The notes under the pieces were generated by a model. The model did no database searches, was not told where the DNA came from, and saw only the letters and a program-made list of their open reading frames with translations. From an uncultured Acidobacteriota bacterium (GTDB taxonomy: Bacteria > Acidobacteriota > UBA6911): a stretch of 64,000 nucleotides of DNA. Where the stretch lies: assembly GCA_963809485.1 (NCBI GenBank), contig CAWEJX010000021.1, forward strand, positions 64,001-128,000, written 5' to 3'. The translations under genes and the position numbers were made by a program. Of this stretch, positions 1 to 9,249 are shown one piece after another; the stretch's first letter is position 1; the number at the start of each line of letters is the position of its first letter.

Positions 1-513
1 GACAACGTCCACTCCCTCCCGCGTGGCCGGGGTGGTGCTGGTCTTGTTTTGCTGGAACGTCTCGGTCGTCACGTCCGGAGTAGCAACCAGGATGCCGCCA
101 GGGTTCAGATGGGCGTGTGCGGTGCGGAACGCTGCCACAAAGTCTGTCCGGCACCTCATGTGTGAGATCGCGTCGTCCATGAGCACGGCATCAAAAGTCC
201 TGCCGAGTCTGCACGTCCGCATATCGTCCTGGACAAACGTGCACTCGGGATTCAGTTCCTTCGCCTGCGCAAGCATGGCGGCACTTAGATCGACACCGGT
301 GACGTTGAACTGCCGCTTCAGGTTCAGGACGGTCTTCCCGCCCCCGCACCCTATGTCCAGCAATGTGGTTGCCGGGCGCCTGGCGTGCTGACGGATCAGA
401 CCCGTGACGTGTTGGCAGTAGTGCGCGTATTCAGTGGCGGCATTGCCCCACATAGGCCAAAGCCACGCCAAGTCCGTATAGAGCCGGCAGGTATCTTGCA
501 TCTCTCTTCTCAT
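1..513 (-). CDS. Class I SAM-dependent methyltransferase (runs off window edge)
   Basis: Manual translation from ATG 513: MRREMQDTCRLYTDLAWLWPMW...LLDIGCGGG...GVDLSAAML...DDMR...FDAVLM...LNPGG. Not in ORF track because there is no stop in the window. Confidence 0.85.
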   Translation of the reverse strand, partial: MRREMQDTCRLYTDLAWLWPMWGNAATEYAHYCQHVTGLIRQHARRPATTLLDIGCGGGKTVLNLKRQFNVTGVDLSAAMLAQAKELNPECTFVQDDMRTCRLGRTFDAVLMDDAISHMRCRTDFVAAFRTAHAHLNPGGILVATPDVTTETFQQNKTSTTPATREGVDVV

Positions 514-525
514 GCCGAACGCCTG

Positions 526-724
526 AGTCATGTGCCTCCGGCAAAGCCGAAAGCTTGAAAGATTTGAACCGCTCAAAGCGGTTGGACTAGTTACGCCGGT
601 CTTGAACGCTGACTTACGCCGACCCTCGCCCAACAAATCGGCGTTTGTCAGCGCTTTTATCAGCATTTCTCAGCGTTTCAAAACACGAAGCTGTCAAACT
701 CTTTTGAGTCCCCCGGCAGAGCCG
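526..724 (-). mobile_element. Non-autonomous IS200/IS605-derived palindromic element, copy 1 (one end truncated)
   Basis: CCTCCGGCAAAGCCG and CCCCCGGCAGAGCCG end hairpins plus AACCGCTCAAAGCGGTT. Near-identical to 16842, 26040 and 31383 copies. No tnpA. Confidence 0.75.
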
Positions 725-752
725 TGGACGATCCGCCGGATGCGCCGACGCA

Positions 753-1499
753 TCACCGCGGCATCAGCGCGAACACACCCCAGCCCAGGTATTCACGCGT
801 GTAAGCGGCGTAGCGCTCGGGTTCCGAGGTCAGTTTGGCTCGAACATCTTTCGCGAACTCGTCGCCGGGGTTGGCTTCAAGCCATCGGCGCATGGTGAGC
901 CATTTGGCCGCCTCGTATCTGTCCCAGCCGTCCTGGTCAGCCAAAACCATTTCAACGACGTCGTAGCCAAGGCGGCCGAAAGACGCGAGAAGCTCCGGAA
1001 GCATGAGATAGTCGGAGATTGAGTTGGCAAGACATCCCTTGGCAACCTCTTCCGTCGGCGGTAACTGCCGCCAGTAGGGCTCGCCGATGAGGATGATCCC
1101 TCCTGGGCGCAGGCTCCGCGCCAGAAGCTCGATAGTGCCGGCGACTCCACCGGCGATCCAGGTGGCACCGACACAGGCTGCCACACTGACCTTCTCGTCA
1201 GAGACATAGCCGGCAGCATCGCCATGGATGAACTTGACTTGATCGGCGACGCCGAGTTCTACAGCACGGAGTTTCGCTTGCTCGGTGTACAACTGGCTCA
1301 TGTCGATGCCTGTGCCGATGACGCCGTGATCGCGTGCCCAGGTGCACAGCATCTCCCCCGAACCGCTGCCGAGGTCGAGCACTCGGGCTCCCGATTCCAG
1401 ACGCAGCGCCGCGCCGAGAGTGGCGAGCTTTTCGGGTGTGATCGGGTTGTGGATGCGGTGAGCACTCTCAGTGATGTTGAATATCCGCGGGATGTCCAT
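753..1499 (-). CDS. yjhP: YjhP-like class I SAM methyltransferase
   Basis: MDIPRIFNITESAHRIHNP, VLDLGSGSGEMLCTWARDHG, WDRYEAAKW. AAGGAG RBS before ATG 1499. Confidence 0.85.
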   Translation of the reverse strand: MDIPRIFNITESAHRIHNPITPEKLATLGAALRLESGARVLDLGSGSGEMLCTWARDHGVIGTGIDMSQLYTEQAKLRAVELGVADQVKFIHGDAAGYVSDEKVSVAACVGATWIAGGVAGTIELLARSLRPGGIILIGEPYWRQLPPTEEVAKGCLANSISDYLMLPELLASFGRLGYDVVEMVLADQDGWDRYEAAKWLTMRRWLEANPGDEFAKDVRAKLTSEPERYAAYTREYLGWGVFALMPR

Positions 1500-1535
1500 T
1501 GTGAAAAATCTCCTTACGGGTGTGAATAGATCCGG

Positions 1536-1590
1536 CCAGGTCCTAACCTGGATTATACAGAACTTGAGAAATAATTCGCTAGGTGAATAG
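1536..1590 (-). other. dif/attI-like tyrosine-recombinase site, copy A
   Basis: Minus strand GTTCTGTATAA-TCCAGG-TTAGGACCTGG. 44/55 identical to 6077-6131. Confidence 0.55.
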
Positions 1591-1687
1591 CGCTGGTGTA
1601 CCAGGAATCCCAATTGCCTGGATAGCCATTAATATTTGAATCACGCTCAACGATCTCAGCCACTGAAAGACCTCAAATAGGAGTAAA

Positions 1688-1957
1688 ATGTTTTTGGTAA
1701 TCCTCAAAGGCAGGGGGATCCGTGAAGTGAGTCACTATCGTTATCCAATCATCGAAGCTGAAGGCGAGCGCATGCGGAAGGCGTTCACCTATAGCAATTG
1801 GCACTTCAGGATCTGTTTGGCGTTGATGATCATTGGAGTATTTTGCATTATATCTTCTCATTCTCGGGCAGGTCTATTGTTCATGGCCGTATCGGTCTGC
1901 ATCTATCTTTATCCCTTCCAGTGGAAGAATGCTTTGAAGAAGCCTTTGGGGAAATAG
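1688..1957 (+). CDS. Small two-TM hypothetical membrane protein (start uncertain)
   Basis: Two hydrophobic stretches. GGAG upstream. Confidence 0.4.
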   Translation: MFLVILKGRGIREVSHYRYPIIEAEGERMRKAFTYSNWHFRICLALMIIGVFCIISSHSRAGLLFMAVSVCIYLYPFQWKNALKKPLGK

Positions 1958-2538
1958 AGCTGGGGGGGCACGAATTCTACCCTGGAGTATCCGATGTGCC
2001 CCATGCAAATTAGTTTTTTCAGCATTGGTGAGATCTCTGCAAACCACAGAGGCACGCCGTTGGAATCCAGTTCGATGCGAACGGTGTCCCCGCCCACCGC
2101 CGCCGTGTAGTAAGGATCCTGATCCATGATCGGACGAGTTGAGTCCAGCCTGGCGTGCGTGATAAGGACGTGATCCGTCTCAAACACAGCCGGCAGTTGT
2201 TCCAGGAAGCATGCCCAATGATCCCAGTCCTCCTTCGGCAGCAACGAGAGAGTTTGTTCCCGGCTCCAGGCCGGCTTGCTGGTGCCGCGAATTGTCCCGG
2301 CGACTCGCCGTTCATGATTTCCGAGCGCGCTGAAAGCATTTGGCAAATCGCGAAAGAAGGCAGCCGCTTTCCAGGAATCTGGGCCACGATCGAGAAAGTC
2401 CCCGACCGTGACTAATGCATCTCGCGCCCCAAAGTTGACAAGATGGCATAGTTCCTGGAACTCCACGTAGCAGCCGTGGATGTCTCCAACAACAATCGCA
2501 CGGTCAAATCCGCCGCATGCATGGCTATACGATTTCAT
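1909..2538 (-). pseudogene. Calcineurin-like metallophosphoesterase (PrpA/ApaH type), C-terminally truncated
   Basis: GDIHG, GDFLDRG, GNHE, HA and GH motifs present. Final DTG motif absent, replaced by antisense of the neighbouring ORF. Confidence 0.7.
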
Positions 2539-2581
2539 GAACTGAAATTAGTCCCATTTCCAAAAAGCAGAACGAAATCAA

Positions 2582-3913
2582 CTATTCGCTATAGACAAGA
2601 GAAGTAGGTGCGGAGAGCAAAAACTCCTCTAAGGTGACTCCGGTTACTTGCTTTGACCTGAACGGCGATCTGCAAATGACCGTTAGGTGGTCGCGCGGAA
2701 AAATCCTGGAAAACCAGCTGAAGTCCATTGGACTGGCTTTCCCCCTTTTGACTTCAATGAAATCTCTATCAGGAGTTACAAAATCAATCTCGTGCTCCTT
2801 CGAAGCCCAGAAACCTATTGCTTCCGGATTAGACCTCCCTCCAAGGACGCATCGTCGCCATATTTCCTGCGCCACCAGCCATTCCATAAAAACTCCTTGT
2901 ATGTCCGGTAAAAGGTCTTCGAATTCGTGAACATACCTCAGAGAGGACGGGTGAAACGCGATGGCAACTGCCAGGTTGATGAAATTGAACTTGCAGGGCT
3001 TCCGCATAAGTACGGTTCTCTTGTTGGTATCAATCGGCCATGAGGGCATGACCGATAAAAGATCGGAGAGCTGTTCGATGTATCCACTGGCTACCGTGTT
3101 GTTGGCAAGCCCCCCATCGCGGGCGAGTTTCGCAAATCCGACGGTGTTACCGCCGTTGTTCATGATGACGTGCAACAACCGGATTAAAGACAGCCTTTTT
3201 CTTCCGGATGAAACGACTTCTCCCAAAACCCAGTCGCGCACGATCTGGATAAAATATTCAGGAAGCCGCTCAAATTGACATATGTCATTGCAGGCAACCG
3301 GGGAACCTCCGGTCAGCAGATATGCGATCCAGGATTTCTCTCCATGAATCTCTTGAGCATTCAAATTGAATTCCCTATAGGAGATTGGAAGGAAAATATA
3401 TTCATTCTTTGACAATTTTCCTTTCCTGCCGGGAAGCTTCTCCGAGCCGTGGCGAAGATCGGACGCCGTTGAACCGGTCGTGATGATGAGGACATCCCTA
3501 AAAAGTCCCCGGTCGATCACCCGCTTTACGGCTTTTTCCCAGGCCGGTACGGCCGTTATCTCATCGATAAATAGTCGCTTGATTCCGACGTCTCTGGAAT
3601 AGGAGGCATACAGGTTGGTCAATTCCAGATCCAGTTCATCCGCAGAGGCAATTTCGTCGCCATTTAAATAATAGGAAGAACCTTTCCCGAATTCCTCTGC
3701 CGACTGTCGCAGGTTCATGTCGAGCCACGTGCTCTTGCCGTATTGGCGTGGTCCACGGATGATGATAAGCCCCGGTTCTGTCGGAAGTTCGTTCAGCCCG
3801 AATTCGAAACGAAACTGATGAGCTTTGGATTCCAATTCAATGATCCGAGGCCACATGTCATCGCGATCGATGTTTCCTTGCGCCAGCAGCTGATTGATTG
3901 TCTTAACGTCCAT
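2582..3913 (-). CDS. AAA_14 ATPase with DUF4143 / C-terminal PD-(D/E)XK-like domain
   Basis: Walker A GPRQYGKST, Walker B LFIDEI, TGS, GRKG, YLLTGG, EIDFV...IEVK. Confidence 0.9.
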   Translation of the reverse strand: MDVKTINQLLAQGNIDRDDMWPRIIELESKAHQFRFEFGLNELPTEPGLIIIRGPRQYGKSTWLDMNLRQSAEEFGKGSSYYLNGDEIASADELDLELTNLYASYSRDVGIKRLFIDEITAVPAWEKAVKRVIDRGLFRDVLIITTGSTASDLRHGSEKLPGRKGKLSKNEYIFLPISYREFNLNAQEIHGEKSWIAYLLTGGSPVACNDICQFERLPEYFIQIVRDWVLGEVVSSGRKRLSLIRLLHVIMNNGGNTVGFAKLARDGGLANNTVASGYIEQLSDLLSVMPSWPIDTNKRTVLMRKPCKFNFINLAVAIAFHPSSLRYVHEFEDLLPDIQGVFMEWLVAQEIWRRCVLGGRSNPEAIGFWASKEHEIDFVTPDRDFIEVKRGKASPMDFSWFSRIFPRDHLTVICRSPFRSKQVTGVTLEEFLLSAPTSLVYSE

Positions 3914-3926
3914 AGCGTTAATATAC

Positions 3927-3945
3927 CTAACGTTTCAAACGTTAG
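3927..3945. promoter_or_regulatory. Perfect 9-1-9 palindromic operator upstream of the AAA/DUF4143 gene
   Basis: CTAACGTTT-C-AAACGTTAG, conserved at 10030-10048. Confidence 0.6.
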
Positions 3946-4074
3946 CAACTGGATATCCTTTTAGCCGTGCTTCATCGTATTTTTATCGTTTTCCGTTTCC
4001 CGAGGGCGGATCAGATTATCGGGATCAACATTCACGGTTTTTTCTCGAGCGTCCCGGAAGATCCTGATCTTTAT

Positions 4075-4548
4075 TCAATGCGGTGCGACGGTTTGAGCAC
4101 TCCGAGCGAAGTGATGAACTACGCGCCGCGCCCCGAGCAGCTTTCGACGCGCGACGAGGCCATCAAGGCGGCGCTGCATTATCCGGCTGGACTCAACGCC
4201 GCGAAGACTTTCGCCGACGTGAAGGCGCCCTTTACTGCGGATGCCTATCGTTACGAAAACGGCCAGGCGATGGCAGGTCCCGACTGCAAGTTCGCCCCCG
4301 GCTGCCAGAACATCTCGACGCAATCGCTCGCGATCTTCAATCGCCTCGGTGAGGTGCAAACGCGCGTCATCGCCGTCGATGAGCGCATGGGCATCGTCTG
4401 GCTGCGCATGGCTTGGGGCGTGCGCGAGCGCGGCGGTGACCAGCTCATAGTGTGGGAGACATTCAAGCTCTACGACGGCAAAATCCACGCTGTGGAGGCG
4501 TTCATGAGAATACTGCCGGTGGACAAGCGCAACGGAGGGTGGGAGTAG
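4075..4548 (+). pseudogene. C-terminal fragment of an NTF2/SnoaL-like protein
   Basis: PFTADAYRYENG and WETFKLYDGKIHAVEAF. High-GC codon usage begins abruptly with no credible start. Confidence 0.5.
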
Positions 4549-4735
4549 CAGTAATTTCTCAGATCGGGGGAGTTACTGGAATTTCATGTCTCCGGAAGTT
4601 CGGCTGTATGTCCAAGTGAAAACATCATTCTTATGTCCCGGGACGCCTCTCGGCAGTGTTATAATTTGCGCATGGATTCTCCAAATCTCAAGGCATATAA
4701 GAACTCACTCTTGTCCAAATTAGCTTTCGATTTCT

Positions 4736-4932
4736 AAGGGCCGGAGGCCCGGCAGATAACAGCCAGGGGTGAGCGCAGCGAACCCCTGGTAGGAATTGGC
4801 AATAGAAAGAGCCCTGGAATGCGTGATAGGATATAGTCTTTCGCCCTTCCCAGGGCTCTTTTCTTCGCCATAGGAACCAGGGATTCGCTCCGCTCATCCC
4901 TGGCTATTCTCTTTCCGCCCCTACCGGGGCTT
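4736..4932. repeat. REP/REPIN-like compound palindrome
   Basis: AGCCAGGGGTGAGCGCAGCGAACCCCTGG and inverted CCAGGGATTCGCTCCGCTCATCCCTGGCT. Confidence 0.65.
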
Positions 4933-5213
4933 GGTGCCAACCTCGTCCTTGCAGGGGCACTTCATGAGCCACAAGTTGAATGCTTTCAATGAGCCCTCTG
5001 TTTCCAATGGGCCAATTTGGACAGCACTGATTCTGATAGTACCCTGCTGCATATTCGCCCTCCCATTTGAGTAATTTCCTCCCACATTTTCCGACTTGTG
5101 CCATTCACAATGTGAGCAGAAACTCTTCTTCACGATCCTGCTTCAAATGCCGCAATGTCCGGTCCGCCCAAACACCTTAATGGCAGCGCATGACTCACCA
5201 AAGATCAGGGTAT

Positions 5214-5597
5214 TTATATCCAACGCTTTACTGCCGCGGCCGTATCGCCCGGCACTGTATTGAAGCACAGCTTTGCTTGAGGTGCGTGCTCATGCACCAC
5301 GTTGATTAACTTCTCAAACAGTATGAAGTTGCTTGGGTTCGCTCGTACACCTGCCCCGATCAGGATGCAATCGAAGCGCTTCTGCTCGAGTACGTTTTGA
5401 ACAACTGCCTCGGCAGTTTCGCCAAAGTCGGTCAAACACATTTGCACACTGTACCCAAGACGAGTCAATTCGTCCTCAGAGGATTTGAGACCGGCCAGTA
5501 CCTTCGTTGCATTCATGCCCGGCGCGTAGCCCGGTTGTGTGAAATCAATCAGTGCTGGATCCAGACCGATCACAAGTACACTTTTCTCACCTGTCAT
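5214..5597 (-). CDS. Conserved hypothetical protein (second cassette gene)
   Basis: 127-aa ORF, GGAGG RBS, FDCILIGAGVR...FEKLINVVH...CFNT motif. Confidence 0.8.
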   Translation of the reverse strand: MTGEKSVLVIGLDPALIDFTQPGYAPGMNATKVLAGLKSSEDELTRLGYSVQMCLTDFGETAEAVVQNVLEQKRFDCILIGAGVRANPSNFILFEKLINVVHEHAPQAKLCFNTVPGDTAAAVKRWI

Positions 5598-5604
5598 AGC
5601 TGCC

Positions 5605-5682
5605 TCCCAATGTTGTGGCTAACCGGCGCGCAAAAGTAGGCGAAACCGACTGAAGCGCGTCCGGTTGACCCGCGTGTTAGGC
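5605..5682 (-). other. Integron attC site (R' box degenerate)
   Basis: Minus strand GCCTAAC ACGCG GGTCAACCGGACGCGC...GCGCGCCGGTTAGC CACAAC ATTGGGA. 78 bp, with unpaired C and A at the usual extrahelical positions. Confidence 0.7.
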
Positions 5683-5710
5683 CCGACCGCGTTAGAAGTC
5701 GGGCCTGAGC

Positions 5711-6055
5711 TTACTCTTGCCTGACTATATCGACCGAGATCTCCACTGCCGGAATCGTCCCTCTGTTCTCAAGCCAGTGTGTGGTGTTCCTATCCTCGGG
5801 CCAGCCCACGCCCAGCCCATAGTCCGTAGCGACTCCATTCCGATGGTCAGTGATCGTTCCTTGCAGTATGTAGACGGTGCCTGGTCTGTCTTTATGGTCG
5901 TGAATCGGGCCGAAGACGCCTCCAGGTTCGATGGTCACCATACGCATTCGAAGTTGGCGCCCTGCCATGCCCTCGATCTCAGGGCCAAGGTCAACCGCTG
6001 CAAGTAGCTTCACCGTAAGACCTTTCGTCTCCGGTGCCACCTGTTCGTTGCTCAT
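5711..6055 (-). CDS. Cupin domain protein (gene cassette)
   Basis: IEPGGVFGPIHDHKDRPGTVYILQG...HWLENRG. GAGGAG RBS before ATG 6055. Confidence 0.85.
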   Translation of the reverse strand: MSNEQVAPETKGLTVKLLAAVDLGPEIEGMAGRQLRMRMVTIEPGGVFGPIHDHKDRPGTVYILQGTITDHRNGVATDYGLGVGWPEDRNTTHWLENRGTIPAVEISVDIVRQE

Positions 6056-6076
6056 CGCGCTCTCCTCTCTGTACTT

Positions 6077-6131
6077 CCAGGGCCTAACTGAAATTATACA
6101 GAACCTGCAAAATAATACGCTGGGTGAACAG
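6077..6131 (-). other. dif/attI-like tyrosine-recombinase site, copy B
   Basis: Minus strand GTTCTGTATAA-TTTCAG-TTAGGCCCTGG. Confidence 0.55.
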
Positions 6132-6518
6132 TGGCAACGCGCACGCTTAACCCCGCGCCCGGTCCACGGCAAATCAATCCAGAGTTTTAGATCCCCCTCC
6201 CCATCGGCCATCAGTCATTGTCATCTTCCGGTTGTGGCATTGCCGGCAGAGTGCCTGCCAGTTGGATTGATCCCAGAAGAGATATGAATCGCGGCGGTCT
6301 TGATCGCTTCCTTGAGGGAAGCATTCAGCCGCGAGGTGTCGCCGGAGATTTCGAAAAAGAGGCGTCCGATTGGCATTTAGAAGTTTCTCAACATTGGTAT
6401 TATGGCATTTTCTTTATTGAAATCGCTGAATCCGCCTCTAGAATTTGCGTTAGCACACAAGGTCGAACGTGGGAACCGTAATTCGATGGTCTAACCACAT
6501 TTCCAGGAGTGCACCGCC

Positions 6519-7319
6519 ATGCCCAGAATCAAAGCCGGACCGATAAGCATCAACTATGAAATCGCTGGCAAAGGAGAGCCTCTTTTACTCATCATGGGAT
6601 TCATGTCGCCCGGAGCGGCGTGGCTTCCTGCGCTGCCAATGCTGGGGATGTTCCAGTGTGTCTATTTCGATAACCGAGGCACTGGCCTCACGGATAAGCC
6701 GGAGGGGATTTACACAATAGAGCAGATGGCCGACGACGCCGGCAATTTGCTTAAAGCGTTAAACATGCCTAAAGCAAAAGTCTACGGCGTTTCGATGGGT
6801 GGGATGATCGCACAGGAACTTGTGCTGCGTCACCCGGATCAGGTCGAAAAGGTTGTGCTTGGATGCACGATGCCCGGGGGGCCGAATTCCAGAATGCCCC
6901 CGCCTGAAATCGGACAGAAGCTGATGGAAAGCACAAAAATGATGGCGCTGGACCCGGACAAAAGCCTCGACGCCATAATATCGCTATGCTTCCCGAGAGA
7001 CTTCGTCAGGACTCATCCGGAAATCAAAACACTGCTGATGGAGGGGAAGTCCGTGGCTCCTCCAACACCTCCCGAGACCGCCGATCGCACTATGCCTGGG
7101 CTTATGACTTTCAACGCCTATGATCGACTATCGGAGATAAAATGCCCCGTTTTGATTGTTCATGGGGACCAGGACATGCTGATCCCGGTCGAGAACGCCA
7201 ATATCATTAAAGAGCGGATTCCCCAGGCCGAGCTATTCATCATCCCGGGTGCGGGTCACATGTTTTGGTTTATTGATCCGGTAGGGATACATCAACGTAT
7301 TGTGGAATTCCTAAAATAG
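6519..7319 (+). CDS. Alpha/beta fold hydrolase
   Basis: DNRGTG, GVSMGG nucleophile elbow, HGDQD, GAGH. AGGAG RBS. Confidence 0.92.
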   Translation: MPRIKAGPISINYEIAGKGEPLLLIMGFMSPGAAWLPALPMLGMFQCVYFDNRGTGLTDKPEGIYTIEQMADDAGNLLKALNMPKAKVYGVSMGGMIAQELVLRHPDQVEKVVLGCTMPGGPNSRMPPPEIGQKLMESTKMMALDPDKSLDAIISLCFPRDFVRTHPEIKTLLMEGKSVAPPTPPETADRTMPGLMTFNAYDRLSEIKCPVLIVHGDQDMLIPVENANIIKERIPQAELFIIPGAGHMFWFIDPVGIHQRIVEFLK

Positions 7320-7505
7320 AAGCCTCCAGTGCCTGATCCGGGCAACTGCCGAGGATTTCTCATGCTTTAGGCCGAGATCGGCCAGTTTCCCCTGCTCCTC
7401 GAGTGTTACGAGCCGAATGAAAACGGATCCGCCCCATTCCGGGACTTCCACTTCCTGCAGTGTTGGCGATGCGGCGAGTATCTGTTCTTTGGTCAATTGG
7501 CTCAT
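7311..7505 (-). pseudogene. Phage tail assembly chaperone, N-terminal fragment
   Basis: LTKEQILAA...EVEVPEWGGSVFIR motif directly after a tail tube gene. Confidence 0.65.
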
Positions 7506-7507
7506 GT

Positions 7508-7750
7508 CTAGCTCCAGGTCACCGGCCCGGTGATGCGAAGTGTCACATTGAGTTCGAGAGCGGAAGCAACCGGCGCGGTCGGCTGGATGTTTGCCACATA
7601 AGCAGCAAAGCTGGCCTTGGTTGCCCCGGTATCAGGGAACAGAAGCTCGAAATTCCGCAGCTTCCCCTCCTCATAATCCTTGAGCAGACCGTTGGTTGAA
7701 AACCCCTGCGTCTCGTCATCCGGCAGGAAGTTGCACTTGTATGTCAACCC
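7508..7750 (-). pseudogene. Phage tail tube protein, C-terminal fragment
   Basis: NFLP...RNFELLFPD...SFAAYV...VTLRITGPVTW resembles siphophage major tail protein C-termini. N-terminus missing. Confidence 0.65.
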
Positions 7751-8215
7751 TTCCCGGCGCAGGAAGTAACCGTTTGATCGTTTTCATGAGCCAAACGATG
7801 CATTGACCGATAGATTCCGTAAAACGCGTCCTGCTCGGCAACTGTGAGATTTCCGCGACCATAGAAGAATTTGAAGGCGTATTCACGATCAATTGGAGGC
7901 ACAGGAATCGGCAGGACATGATGCAGGGCATTCGAGTTCGCTACAATTTGTACTTTCGCGATGCTCACTCGAAGGGCCGAAAGTACTGACCATAACCTTG
8001 TGATTACATCGTTCAGCTGAACGGAAGTATTTTTTGTAAGGGTAAGCAAGGCTAGGGTTTCAAGTTGCAGGCCTGCTGTCGGAAGCTGGTATTAATCTCG
8101 TCGATCCCACGAAATTTAGTGTTACCTGGAATCATGCGGTGCAAGCCCCGGGCAGTCAGTGTTGCATATAGAAAATCTTTGCCAGCTGCCTTGTCTTCTG
8201 TAATCCAAGCCCGAC

Positions 8216-8743
8216 CTATTTCCACGAATACCCGCACTTTTTGCAGGCCCATCTCTTTTTCAAGAACGGCAGTGGGATACCCGTCAGCAGCCATGATAGG
8301 AACGCGAACTTGCGCGAAAATACTTCATACCCAAGCTCGGATGAGCCGCATTTCGGGCAGACCGGGCCCTCTTTTTCCGATCCATCCTCAGGCACAGGCT
8401 TCTGCGCAAGTATCTCCCTGGCCCTTTCTGCGTCCTCTTCCCTGACCTGCAGCTTGACGCCGCCGATCGCATTGGAAAAGAGCCAGTTCGCGGAGACCGT
8501 GCTTTCGTCCAGCGTGAAGACTTCTATGCCGTCCGCCTCAAGCTTTGCCCTTGCAAGATCAACATCGATTATATTAATTAGGTTTGCGACCGTTACGAAC
8601 TTTTCCGTCCTATTGGCAGCAACAGGCCCGGGTTCTTCATGTGGCTCGGGAGGCAATTCAGGCATAAGATCAACATCGCACTTAGCGCAACTTGTAAACC
8701 CTTCCCTGTATTCTTCCTTGCATTTCGGGCACCACATAATCAA
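8216..8743 (-). CDS. DUF2007 (putative signal transducing) protein with Zn-ribbons
   Basis: WCPKCKEEYREGFTSCAKC, LARAKLEADGI, GGVKLQVREED, CPKC...CKKC. Confidence 0.85.
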   Translation of the reverse strand: MIMWCPKCKEEYREGFTSCAKCDVDLMPELPPEPHEEPGPVAANRTEKFVTVANLINIIDVDLARAKLEADGIEVFTLDESTVSANWLFSNAIGGVKLQVREEDAERAREILAQKPVPEDGSEKEGPVCPKCGSSELGYEVFSRKFAFLSWLLTGIPLPFLKKRWACKKCGYSWK

Positions 8744-9007
8744 TTTTTACCTGTCATTGCGGGCAAGCCCTCAGCAGCACCTCTACCTCATGGCGCAGGT
8801 GCCGCCGCCGAGCTTTGTCTTGTAATGTTTCCTATTATACGGCAGCTTCATAAGGATTTCGGCACTCTGATCCGGCCCCTTTTGGAACTTTGATTTGGCC
8901 CCGTCTAAGTTGCAGATAATTATCATCTTCCCGAATTTTTTTGATTGTGCATTTTTCAGGGTTTAGTGATTAATTAGGGAGAGGAGATCACCTGAAAGGA
9001 ATCCAGA

Positions 9008-9208
9008 GTGAAGGTGCCCGTGATAATCGGAAGTCCACGCGGGGAGCACGGAAACACGCAGATTCCGGTCAAGGAATTCCTGGAGGGGGCAAAAGAGGCC
9101 GGCGGCAGGACTGAGATTGTCTTTTTGAAGAAAAAAAGTTCGAGCAATGCAATGTTCGTCAAACACGTCAACGCCCATTATGAAAAGCTGGGCCTGACGA
9201 AGATATAA
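9008..9208 (+). pseudogene. Flavodoxin/NADPH-dependent FMN reductase N-terminal fragment
   Basis: IIGSPRGEHGNT...FLEGAKEAG, then similarity stops. Confidence 0.6.
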
Positions 9209-9249
9209 CACCCGACCTGGAGCCCGAATCCGGCAGTAAAATTTGGGAT

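Noticed and set aside
530-898. ORFs overlapping the IS200-derived repeats (also 16879, 16907, 26035, 45041) that share peptides such as EPLKAVG
   Set aside because: The similarity comes from the DNA repeat. Frames and lengths differ between copies and there is no HUH/Y1 motif.
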